Part shown: piece after piece, positions 36,853 through 45,599 of the stretch | How the letters are laid out: each line of letters opens with the position of its first letter | Numbering within the stretch: position 1 is the first letter of the stretch | Assembly: GCA_902521645.1 (NCBI GenBank) | Contig: CABYSN010000001.1 | Location: 1,605-65,604, forward strand | DNA from: Planctomycetota bacterium | GTDB taxonomy: Bacteria; Planctomycetota; Phycisphaerae; Phycisphaerales; SM1A02 | Reading direction: 5' to 3' | Length of the DNA: 64,000 bases | Notes under the pieces: generated by a model | Database searches by the model: none | Seen by the model: only the letters and a program-made list of their open reading frames with translations | Told to the model about the DNA's origin: nothing | Made by a program: the position numbers and the translations under genes

Positions 36853-38232
36853 TCAGCCGGGGTCGACCGGGCTGTCGTTGATCCGCATGTTGATCGGAGG
36901 TGTCGGTGAACCGTTCGCGAGAAAACCGAAACGAAGTGACTTGCCACTGCATATTCTGGAGTTCCAGGCTTCGTTCACCACTCGAACGCGGCCATCCTGC
37001 TGAGAGACGAGCACGGCATCCCAGACCTCCTGGATCTGGAACTCGGCATCGAACTGAAGGTCCCAGCCCAGAATGCACTGCCCGGAGTCGTTGATCAGGG
37101 TGATGTATCCGACGAATCCCGCTCCCCAGTCGCTTTCGACTTCGAAGAGGTAGCTCACACCGTCCACCTGGCAATCGTCCAGAACACCGTCGCCGTCTTC
37201 GTCGACGTTCGCGGCGTCATCGGCAAGTTCGCATGCATCCGGTATCTGATTGAGATTACAGTCCGCTTTCGATCCGTCGATGATTTCGCAGACATCCGCG
37301 ATTCCGTTGCCGTCGCAATCCTGCTCGTCCTGGCATTCGTCGGGAATTCCGTCGACGTCGCAATCCGAAGCACCTTCGGCGATCTCACGTTCATCGGTGA
37401 TGCCGTCACCATCGCAGTCGGCGCCACAGGCGCCCCAGTTGGCCAGAAGGATCGTCAGATCGGCTCCATTGATGGTGCCTTCTCCATCGAGGTCGATTTC
37501 GGGATTCTCGACTCCCCAGGAACCCAGGAGCACCGTGACATCCGCACCGTCGACCGAATCATCACCATCGAAATCACCGGGGCAGTCCCGGGTCTGGTTT
37601 CCTTCACCGAAATCGACATCGGACAGTGCATAGAAACCCTCCCCGACCGGGTCGAGTCGTTGCCAGATCACGTAGATGGCGTGTTTTCCCGAGCGTTCGG
37701 GAAGGATGGTGTTGAAGCGGTATTCCTGTTCCTCGAGAGAGACCGGGCCGAGTGGAAGCTCTTCCATCTGAGCCCAGTTCAAGGGTTGCGTGGGGTCCCA
37801 GTCCGGTGTCGTGATGTAGGCACGAAAGACACTTGGATCATGCGGTGTCGTGGCATACCACACCAGCTCGTAGGGGCCTGATTGGATCTGAGTGCTCGTC
37901 CAGTCATCTCTGACCTGATCGAACCCCGCGTACTTCGGGTTCCCAGCGCTGGCCAGATTTCCATCCGGAATGGTCAGTGAATAGTCGATCGTTCTCTGGT
38001 ATTCGGGCGTCCCCGGATGAAACGCCACGAGTTCGTTCCAGTCGTACAAGGGCTGGGTCCCGCCTATGGCGATCGCTTCAGCGATGGCCTCGGATTCCGG
38101 AGATTCGGGTCCCTCGTTGAAGCCGATGTAGATCCGACTGGGTGGTGAGGAGAGTGTGCCGTGTCCGATCACCGCTGACGACAGTCCGAGTGACAGCGTC
38201 AGAGCGCATCCGATGTGTCCGATGGTGTTCAT
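36853..38232 (-). CDS. secreted lytic polysaccharide monooxygenase (AA10) with dockerin-like, TSP3-like and CBM2-like modules
   Basis: Signal peptide ending ...SAVIG|HG exposes the N-terminal His; FRAYITTPDWDPTQPLN and RSGKHAIYVIWQRLDPVGEGFYALSDVDF parallel CBP21; C-terminal W-rich beta domain is CBM2-like. Confidence 0.8.
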   Translation of the reverse strand: MNTIGHIGCALTLSLGLSSAVIGHGTLSSPPSRIYIGFNEGPESPESEAIAEAIAIGGTQPLYDWNELVAFHPGTPEYQRTIDYSLTIPDGNLASAGNPKYAGFDQVRDDWTSTQIQSGPYELVWYATTPHDPSVFRAYITTPDWDPTQPLNWAQMEELPLGPVSLEEQEYRFNTILPERSGKHAIYVIWQRLDPVGEGFYALSDVDFGEGNQTRDCPGDFDGDDSVDGADVTVLLGSWGVENPEIDLDGEGTINGADLTILLANWGACGADCDGDGITDEREIAEGASDCDVDGIPDECQDEQDCDGNGIADVCEIIDGSKADCNLNQIPDACELADDAANVDEDGDGVLDDCQVDGVSYLFEVESDWGAGFVGYITLINDSGQCILGWDLQFDAEFQIQEVWDAVLVSQQDGRVRVVNEAWNSRICSGKSLRFGFLANGSPTPPINMRINDSPVDPG

Positions 38233-38356
38233 ATGTGCTCTATTTCCTGAAAGCCCCTGCACCGATCCCGGATGTCATCGACGAAGGTGACATCGGTCCG
38301 TCATCAGGCACCTATACAACAGCATCGGGCGAGCGGTTCTTTCAGAATCCAAAATA

Positions 38357-38373
38357 AAGGCCCGAGGGGCCTT
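38357..38373 (-). terminator. probable terminator of the pseudopilin operon
   Basis: AAGGCCC-gag-GGGCCTT hairpin, followed on the minus strand by TATTTTGG. Confidence 0.45.
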
Positions 38374-38382
38374 GGGGGGCTG

Positions 38383-38910
38383 TCAGGGCCGTTCGAAAAG
38401 GATCGACACCCGGCCCGTCGATGCCGAGATCAGCACACTGAGGCGCGTATCGCTCTCGGGGGCGTTCAGCGTGAATTCAAGTTCGCCTTCATGCTGGATC
38501 GGCGCTCCCTGGTCATCGAATGAAAGCACGTCATCCGGAAGAAGTGGAACCGAGAGCGTGAGCGACTCGGCGTGCGCAAGGGCGCCTTCGCCGAAGCGTC
38601 TGGATCTGGGCATCCCATCCCTTCCGAGAATGGGGGCGAGTGGAGCGGACGTCCGGGCGAGGTGCCACCCATCGCCGGCTTCATTCACGAACAGGCAGGT
38701 CGGATCGAGAGGATCCGCGAGCATTCGTGCCTGCGTGTCCTCGATGTCCGCGGCAAGAAGTTCCGCGGCGCTTCGCATCGCGGCGCCGTGTTCCTCGCCG
38801 CCGGAAGGTATGAGCACCAACGCCGTGAGCGAGATCACACTGACCACCACCATCAATTCGGCAAGCGTGAAACCGCGTCGCCTCCCTTGATTCGTTGATT
38901 CACTCATCAT
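38383..38910 (-). CDS. prepilin-type N-terminal domain protein (T2SS minor pseudopilin-like)
   Basis: Start moved to the ATG at 38910; RRGFTLAELMVVVSVISLTALV prepilin cleavage/methylation motif; overlaps the upstream stop. Confidence 0.6.
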   Translation of the reverse strand: MMSESTNQGRRRGFTLAELMVVVSVISLTALVLIPSGGEEHGAAMRSAAELLAADIEDTQARMLADPLDPTCLFVNEAGDGWHLARTSAPLAPILGRDGMPRSRRFGEGALAHAESLTLSVPLLPDDVLSFDDQGAPIQHEGELEFTLNAPESDTRLSVLISASTGRVSILFERP

Positions 38911-40538
38911 CGACTTCCGATCGAATTGATTCGCATGGTGCTCTGCAGTCTGAAATCGTTGAAGTTCTCCGTCATCCGCGCGGTGGAGAAATCTGTCACA
39001 TGATCCATGGCTTCCTGCATGATGGAGCGCAGACGGGTCGACCTCTCGGATCTGCGTGCCGCCCGTCTGTCGCGACGTGTCGTCATATCCTCGCACGTCG
39101 GATTCCGATCGGTCTCGGTGACAAGGATGTCCTTCAGGCCGTTGGCGACCACCAGGGTGTTCAGCTTCAGGCTTGCCTCGATGAGTTCATGTTCGGCGAG
39201 CGTTTCGATTTCACGGATCGCATCCGGCACCTTTCCAAGATCATCGAAGAGTCTTCCATCCGGAGCCGTGTATCCGTTTCGATCATCCAGGCTGGGGTCG
39301 TAAAGAAGTTGCGAGCACCCTTCGAGCTTGATCCTCTGTGCCAGAAGTCTGCCGATCAGCACCGATCTCTCCCTCATGACGATTCTTGCGGAAGGGGCGT
39401 AGCATTCGCCTTTCATGAGCGTCGATCCTCTGAACTTCCAGACTGGAATCGATTCTCTCGTCGCCATCGAGACCAGGCGGATCCGATCGATCTCGGCGAC
39501 CCAGTTCTCGATTGTTCCCTTCGGTTCATGGATCGACGAATCCCGTACCACGAGATCCCCCCCGATGTGCATCGTCAGAGCCGATTCGAGTGGCACCTCG
39601 ATCATCGAGCGGTCGATGTTCACGTCACCGGTGACCACGATTTGACTGGTGCCGTTGATTCTGAAGGTCGCCCCCGAGGACATGTCGAGGTCGCCGTCGA
39701 TCAGCAGTGATGATCCATGAAAGAGTTCATGGATGTCCCCGTCGCCCAGGGTCAGGTCGTTCGTCTCGATGTCTCCGTGGATGTCCTGTGGGAGATCGGT
39801 GACGAACACCCGATCGGAATGCATGTCCGGGGGTGCCGGGTTCGGGATTGAGATCCGGTCAGGCAGGATCGATGTCGGCAGCGAACCACTTCCCAGAGAG
39901 CCGGGATTCGAAATGAATTCGACGCCGTCGACCACCGCGGCGCTGCCACCGATCGAGATGCCGGAATTCTGCCCCAGCATGGTGCCGACTCTGATCGGAT
40001 CTCCTCGATGTGATGCGGGGGACGCCTCCCATGGTGCCACGACCGCTTCCGAGTTGATCTGGATGTCTCCACCGGCGAACAGCGCGAATTCGCCAAGGTC
40101 AAGATCGATCGACATGCCCTGTGCAGGAAGCGGCACGAAGAAAGTGGCTTCCGCGACCCTTTCAATGACGCCGGCTCGGCCGATGATTTCAGCACGGACG
40201 TCCACCGACTCCAAAGTCGGGGCGCCATCCGTGGCCAGATCCGTCAACCGCACCTCGATGCCATGCCGTGCGTTCTGTTCGTCGATGATCACGCCGTTCT
40301 CATGTCCGACTCGCCAGTCCTCGTCCGTCGACAGGATTTCGGCGGTGATCGCCAGTGCCGATTCAACGCGATTTCTGGCGTCGCTCGACGAGGCGAGATT
40401 CGCACCAACCACGGTTCCGTCGGAACGTGATGCGACGTACGCGCCGGTGAGGATGATGCTCGATGCCATCGCGATCGTCACCATCAGAAGCGCGCTCCCG
40501 CGTCTGTCATGAATCGGTCTCGGTCGTGCCTCATTCAT
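38907..40538 (-). CDS. large pseudopilin-operon protein, GspK-like N-terminus without Glu5, beta-helix-like body
   Basis: Start moved to the ATG at 40538 (ATGA overlap); RRGSALLMVTIAMASSIILTG hydrophobic N-terminus; repetitive GDIxxN / GDLxxxS segments. Confidence 0.45.
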   Translation of the reverse strand: MNEARPRPIHDRRGSALLMVTIAMASSIILTGAYVASRSDGTVVGANLASSSDARNRVESALAITAEILSTDEDWRVGHENGVIIDEQNARHGIEVRLTDLATDGAPTLESVDVRAEIIGRAGVIERVAEATFFVPLPAQGMSIDLDLGEFALFAGGDIQINSEAVVAPWEASPASHRGDPIRVGTMLGQNSGISIGGSAAVVDGVEFISNPGSLGSGSLPTSILPDRISIPNPAPPDMHSDRVFVTDLPQDIHGDIETNDLTLGDGDIHELFHGSSLLIDGDLDMSSGATFRINGTSQIVVTGDVNIDRSMIEVPLESALTMHIGGDLVVRDSSIHEPKGTIENWVAEIDRIRLVSMATRESIPVWKFRGSTLMKGECYAPSARIVMRERSVLIGRLLAQRIKLEGCSQLLYDPSLDDRNGYTAPDGRLFDDLGKVPDAIREIETLAEHELIEASLKLNTLVVANGLKDILVTETDRNPTCEDMTTRRDRRAARRSERSTRLRSIMQEAMDHVTDFSTARMTENFNDFRLQSTMRINSIGSR

Positions 40539-41173
40539 CGTGCGTTCTCCGGATCGAAGTGGGCGTGGATTCCACAGGCGATCACCGTGCCGCCGTTGAG
40601 ATCGATGTTTCCATTCCACCCGATCCTCCATGCCACACGTCCCTGCTCGGTGGGGGTGTTCACGTCGAGTTCCGCCATGGCGAGTTCGATGTCGTCAACG
40701 CCATCGAGCAGGACTCTGCTTTCAAGAAGTCCTTGCTGCTCGTATCGGGCATGGATGGCGGTGTAGTCATCCTCGATGTCACAGGTCAGATCGGCATCGT
40801 TGCGATCCATGCTTCCGTATCCATCGGGAAAACGGATCTGTTCGACCAGCAGGTTCCCCGCATCAGTCGCGTACCGAATCCAGATCAGTTCGCTGGCCTG
40901 GATCGCACCGTCCTGACGGAGATCTCCCGACCAGAGTGTCACCAGTTCCGGGGCCAGTTCGAGCGCGCATGCCGCTGGGGCCACCACGGAACTCAGCCTC
41001 GATGCCGCCGCCGCGGAGGCTATGGTCTCGGCTCTCTGATTTCTGCCTTCATCGAGAACTCGACCGACGGACTCCATCATCGCGACGATGCCCGCTCCCA
41101 CGAGAACCGTGATCGACATCGCCATGAGAAGTTCTGCCAGAGTCATGCCTCTGTGACTGCGGTCGCGTCTCAT
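40535..41173 (-). CDS. prepilin-type N-terminal domain protein (minor pseudopilin-like)
   Basis: 212 aa; HRGMTLAELLMAMSITVLVGAG motif; ATGA overlaps at both ends. Confidence 0.6.
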   Translation of the reverse strand: MRRDRSHRGMTLAELLMAMSITVLVGAGIVAMMESVGRVLDEGRNQRAETIASAAAASRLSSVVAPAACALELAPELVTLWSGDLRQDGAIQASELIWIRYATDAGNLLVEQIRFPDGYGSMDRNDADLTCDIEDDYTAIHARYEQQGLLESRVLLDGVDDIELAMAELDVNTPTEQGRVAWRIGWNGNIDLNGGTVIACGIHAHFDPENAR

Positions 41174-41706
41174 GCGTCGTCTCCCAGGGGGGTCGGAATG
41201 AATCGTTCCAGGGTGATGATCGTTCGTGAGGTCCGATCTTCCACATGAATCCTGACCAGGCGGCCGGCGATGTCGATTCCGATCGGTTCGAGATGCCTTG
41301 TTTCATCCAACACTTCGACGACGCGAAGCAGTTCCGCCCGATCCTTCTCGATTCTGCCATCGGGGGCGCGACTCTCTCCCGCAGTCTCCCGATACCCGTT
41401 CCATTCCGGAAGCCGGTCCCATCCTTCGCAGAGGAGTTCAGCCAGCAGCTCCTCGGCAGCCAGAGTCGCCATCACCTGATTTCTGGTCTCTCGTGCGGAG
41501 CCCGAGCCCGCTCCGATCGCCGAAGCGATCGTGGTGAAGGTCATGGCCAGAATGACCATCGCGATCACCGCTTCAAGCAGGGAAAAGCCCCTCCTTGGTG
41601 AAAGACGGCCACGAACCGACGCGGGGTCTGATGATGTCACGGACGTGGATTCACGCATGGAGGATTCTCCTTCATCTGAAGAATCGGAAACACAGGGGGC
41701 CTCCAC
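41170..41706 (-). CDS. prepilin-type N-terminal domain protein (minor pseudopilin-like)
   Basis: 178 aa; RRGFSLLEAVIAMVILAMTF motif; first gene of the four-gene unit. Confidence 0.6.
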   Translation of the reverse strand: MEAPCVSDSSDEGESSMRESTSVTSSDPASVRGRLSPRRGFSLLEAVIAMVILAMTFTTIASAIGAGSGSARETRNQVMATLAAEELLAELLCEGWDRLPEWNGYRETAGESRAPDGRIEKDRAELLRVVEVLDETRHLEPIGIDIAGRLVRIHVEDRTSRTIITLERFIPTPLGDDA

Positions 41707-41837
41707 CGGGACTTCTCCCGGAGTTCCGAAGGATCATTCGAAACAGATCGGACAGCCCCTACAGATCCACCCGCGACCACCTTCGGGTGATGGTTTTCGG
41801 ACCGTCGGTTGCAGGACCAGCTGTGAGTGGAGACCAT

Positions 41838-43475
41838 ATGGTCATGTCCACTCTATGGCGCTATACCTGCGTCGAACTGCTCAAGGTGATGTTGTTGACG
41901 ACCATGGTTCTGGTGGTCGTGGTCGCCTTCGGCGCAACCATCAAGCCATTGATTCAGAATCAGATCGATCCTCTGGATGCAGGGAAGTATGCCTTCTTCG
42001 CATCCGTGCCCATGCTTCAGTTCGCACTTCCATTCGCGGCGGGGTTCTCGGCGACGATCGTGATGCACCGAATGGCGAATGACAACGAGATACTCGCCAT
42101 GAGCGTCGCGGGCATTCCCTATCGACGGATATTCGCTCCTGCGGCCTCACTGGGACTCCTCCTGACGATCATCATGTTCCTGCTGGTCAACTTCGTGATT
42201 CCACGATTCTGGGGCGTGCTCCAGGAGATGGTGGCCCGGGACATCACCAGAGTCTTCACCTCCACCATCGACAACGGTGAAGCCCTCTCCATCGATGGAA
42301 CGCAGCTTTTCGCGGATGATCTCATCGTTCCCGAGGAAGCACCCGCCACCGGTGCGGATGAGCGTCTGGTGCTGCTGGGCGTCGCCGCTCTGGAAAGCGA
42401 CGACCTCGGCACGGTGCGTTCCGAATTCACCGCACGATACGCCACCGTCGACATCTACCATCGTCGCGAGGACGTGCTGTTGAAACTCGCTCTGGTCGAT
42501 GCCACGATCTATCGGCCCGAGGATGGTTCGATGATCTTCGTGCCGCAGGCCGTGCCCCGTGCGGTGAGTCTGAGAAAGGATCTCACTTCGGGACCCAAGA
42601 CTCGTGACCTCTTCGAGCTGCTCGAGATTGGAAGAAATCCAAACGACTACGAGTTGGTGGCCCGGGCTCGGAAGAACATCAGGCAGAGACTTCAGATGTT
42701 CGATCTGTGGCGGTGTCTCGGTTCCGAACTCTCCCGGGAAGACCGCATTCTGTTCGAATCGACCTACAAGCAGGAGAAGGTGGAACTGAGCGGTCTGGAG
42801 GTCCGGGATGGTCGCTTGATCGGAACCCCTCTGATGACACTGGTGCAATACGAGGACGAGGAAGCGATCCGACGCGCCTTCGCGCCGGAGGCCATGGTGG
42901 AGATCGATCCCGTGGTGCTGGGGGCTCCACCCACCTTCACCCTGGCTGCGCGCAGCGAGCGTGCGGTGGATCTCAGGGGAACTGGTGAACTTGAGACCCG
43001 ATGGCCCGCTCGAATCAGATCGCTCAGTTACGCCTGCGACGATCAACTGGATCGCGAGAGCATGAGCAATGAAGCCTTGATCGCGGAGGCGCGAGGGATT
43101 CTCGAGGATTCCGAAATGGTGCCGCCTCAGTTCATGAAGCGTTTTCCGAACGAGCTCAAGATGCTCGAGCTCGAGGTTCGAAACATCGGGCTGGAGGTCA
43201 TCGCTCGCATCGTTCATCGCACGGCCCAGTCGATGACGGGCCTTCTTCTTCTCTTGCTGGGTGCGGTGCTCGCCGTGCACTACAAGTCGGCCCTGCCGCT
43301 GACGGTCTATCTTCTCGCTTTCCTGCCTTCGGTGCTCGATCTGCTGGTCATCAGCGGAGGTGAGCAGATGATCAAATACGGCGATCCCCTGCCAGGAACG
43401 CTCCTCGCCTTTTCAGGTAATTTCCTCCTGCTTCTGCTGATCGTCGGCGTCGGCTGGCGTCTTTCCCGGAATTGA
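41838..43475 (+). CDS. lptF: LptF/LptG-family (YjgP/YjgQ) LPS export permease, enlarged periplasmic domain
   Basis: Start moved to the ATG at 41838; LWRYTCVELLKVMLLTTMVLVVVV N-terminus, 3+3 TM layout; paired with the downstream paralogue. Confidence 0.7.
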   Translation: MVMSTLWRYTCVELLKVMLLTTMVLVVVVAFGATIKPLIQNQIDPLDAGKYAFFASVPMLQFALPFAAGFSATIVMHRMANDNEILAMSVAGIPYRRIFAPAASLGLLLTIIMFLLVNFVIPRFWGVLQEMVARDITRVFTSTIDNGEALSIDGTQLFADDLIVPEEAPATGADERLVLLGVAALESDDLGTVRSEFTARYATVDIYHRREDVLLKLALVDATIYRPEDGSMIFVPQAVPRAVSLRKDLTSGPKTRDLFELLEIGRNPNDYELVARARKNIRQRLQMFDLWRCLGSELSREDRILFESTYKQEKVELSGLEVRDGRLIGTPLMTLVQYEDEEAIRRAFAPEAMVEIDPVVLGAPPTFTLAARSERAVDLRGTGELETRWPARIRSLSYACDDQLDRESMSNEALIAEARGILEDSEMVPPQFMKRFPNELKMLELEVRNIGLEVIARIVHRTAQSMTGLLLLLLGAVLAVHYKSALPLTVYLLAFLPSVLDLLVISGGEQMIKYGDPLPGTLLAFSGNFLLLLLIVGVGWRLSRN

Positions 43476-44593
43476 TTCAGTTCATGATTCTTCTCGACCG
43501 ACACATCGCCTATCGATTCCTTCTGAACTTTCTCACGCTGTTCTGTCTCATCTTCATCTTCGTGGTCTCGGTGGATGTGGTGCTTCAATTCGACAGTTTC
43601 GTGGAAGCGGCCTCCAGTGCCGTCGATGACGAGCGGTTCTCATCGATCATTCTCGCGACCTTGATGGCCATTCTTGATTTTCATGGCCCCAGAGTGTTCC
43701 AGTCCTATTCGTTTCTCGTCGGTCTGGTCTCCGTGGCGGCCGCCGGATTCACCTTGTCGCAGATGCAGCGCTCTCGGGAGCTGGTCGCGATGCTCGCGGC
43801 AGGAGTGCCCCTGCAGCGTGTCGCGGTCACGATCTTTCTGATGGCAACTCTGCTGAATCTGTTCCAGGTCCTGAATCAGGAATTCGTGATTCCCCGTCTC
43901 GCCCCGGTGCTGCTTCGGGAACATGGCCAGATCCTTTCCCGGACGACCAGCGAATTTCCCGTGGTGATGACTCGTGATTCCAGGGACAACCTCTTTTCAG
44001 GTCGGATGCTTGATGCCGATCGCGGCGTCATCGACGACATCCTGGTTCTCACTCGTGACGAGGAGGGGACGGCCGAACGCAGGATTTCCGCACCTCGTGC
44101 GGTCTGGAACGGAGAGGGATTCTGGGTGCTGGAGTCGGGCATCGCGATCGATCGAGTCGGTCGTGACGAAGGAAGCGTGCAGTCGCAGCAGGTGATCGAC
44201 CGATTCGAAACGGATCTGTCGCCTCATTCCCTGATGGTGAGAAGGGATCAGGAACGCGCGCAGATGCTCTCGACCCGCCAGATCGGCGTGTTGCGGGACG
44301 ATGCGGCGACCACCTCCGGTCGACTCGCTCGAATCATGTGGACCCGCATCGGCGGGGTCGGAGTGAATCTTCTGGTGCTGCTTCTGATTCTTCCGAACTT
44401 CCTCTGCCGGCTTCCCGGTCCGCTCCTGCTTCAAAGCGTCAAGTGCGCCGCGATCGGTGTGCCGGTCCTGTTGCTGTCGGTGCTGGTGATGCTTCTTCCG
44501 GTCTCCGGGGTTTCGCCCGCTGTCATGGCGCTTCTCCCGACCGCGGTTCTGATACCGATCTCATTCTGGCGATTGGCGGCTCTGGAATCCTGA
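43472..44593 (+). CDS. lptG: LptF/LptG-family LPS export permease
   Basis: 373 aa; LDRHIAYRFLLNFLTLFCLIFIFVVSVD N-terminus; ATGA-type overlap with lptF. Confidence 0.75.
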   Translation: MIQFMILLDRHIAYRFLLNFLTLFCLIFIFVVSVDVVLQFDSFVEAASSAVDDERFSSIILATLMAILDFHGPRVFQSYSFLVGLVSVAAAGFTLSQMQRSRELVAMLAAGVPLQRVAVTIFLMATLLNLFQVLNQEFVIPRLAPVLLREHGQILSRTTSEFPVVMTRDSRDNLFSGRMLDADRGVIDDILVLTRDEEGTAERRISAPRAVWNGEGFWVLESGIAIDRVGRDEGSVQSQQVIDRFETDLSPHSLMVRRDQERAQMLSTRQIGVLRDDAATTSGRLARIMWTRIGGVGVNLLVLLLILPNFLCRLPGPLLLQSVKCAAIGVPVLLLSVLVMLLPVSGVSPAVMALLPTAVLIPISFWRLAALES

Positions 44594-44607
44594 GGACGCC
44601 TGTTCGA

Positions 44608-45573
44608 TCAGGATGCCGGCGTTCGCCATGCACGGTCCAGGTCGCTGTCGATGATCTCGACCTGAAGTGAATCCAGCAGGCTGCGTGCCGTCGAATCCAT
44701 CAGAAGTCGTTCCTGCGCCAGTCGGACTCGGCGTTCCGCATCCGGTCTCGCCAGTTCGAAGGGGGTGCCGTCGCCAGCTGATTCCTCAAGCGGGAGAATC
44801 AGCACGTAGTTCGCATCAACCAGCACCGGGTAGGACATCCTTTCAAGAGGCGTCGTCCAAAGGGTCTCTCGAAATGAAGTCGGCCAGCTTGGATCCAGGC
44901 GGGAGATCGGTTGGATCAATCCGCCGGACGTGGCGCTTGCATCGGTGGATCCCCGGGCCGCGAGGGCCGCGAAATCCTCGCCTGTCCGAACTTTTCTGAT
45001 GACCTCGGTGCATGATTCGAGCGTCGGTCCCACGAAGACGCGTGCGCTTCGTCTCGGGCCATGTCGCACGTCCCATGCGGCTCGAATCGATTCCTCGTTC
45101 GGTCTGACGTCGTCTTCGATGAGTTTTCGGAGTCCTGCATTTCTTCGAAGCAGGGCGCTGAATCGAACGGGTCCCAGGCCTTCCTTGCGCCGGACCGTTT
45201 CGAGCAGTCTGAGCGCTCGATCCTCATCCTCGGCGAGAGCCAGCAGGAGCACCGCTCGTTCATCGAGGATGTCCTGATCCGTGATCGTGATCTTCAATGC
45301 CTCCAGACGACTCTCGAGTGCGGCATCGACCAGGACCTCCTGCAAGGCACGGGTTCCAGCAGACTCCATCAAGGTCGCCTCGAGACGTTCTCTTCCGATC
45401 GGATCACCGCGGCCATCGGCACCCGCGATCTTCCAGTAGGCGATGGGCGTGTCGGTCTGCCGTGGTCCGGAGATGTCTTCGGGCGGGGGGCGCCACGCAT
45501 TCCCGCCTGACGTTTCGGAAGGGGGGGTGTTCTGGCACCCGGCCAGCAGGAGAACGAGACTCACTCCGAACAT
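44608..45573 (-). CDS. lipoprotein peptidyl-prolyl isomerase (SurA-N-like + parvulin/PpiC domain)
   Basis: Start moved to the ATG at 45573; lipobox LLLAGC; chaperone-like helical N-domain; rotamase-like RSARVFVG...EDFAALAARGSTD...GGLIQPISR. Confidence 0.55.
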   Translation of the reverse strand: MFGVSLVLLLAGCQNTPPSETSGGNAWRPPPEDISGPRQTDTPIAYWKIAGADGRGDPIGRERLEATLMESAGTRALQEVLVDAALESRLEALKITITDQDILDERAVLLLALAEDEDRALRLLETVRRKEGLGPVRFSALLRRNAGLRKLIEDDVRPNEESIRAAWDVRHGPRRSARVFVGPTLESCTEVIRKVRTGEDFAALAARGSTDASATSGGLIQPISRLDPSWPTSFRETLWTTPLERMSYPVLVDANYVLILPLEESAGDGTPFELARPDAERRVRLAQERLLMDSTARSLLDSLQVEIIDSDLDRAWRTPAS

Positions 45574-45599
45574 CCGTGTGATCTGGGATCGGTTCGTCG

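Noticed and set aside
41797-41813. Sigma-54-like sequence TCGGACCGTCGGTTGCA upstream of lptF
   Set aside because: The spacing and the -12 TTGCA are right, but the -24 element (CGGACC) is poor and an RpoN-dependent lptFG is biologically unexpected. Probably chance in GC-rich DNA; worth a look only if transcription-start data exist.
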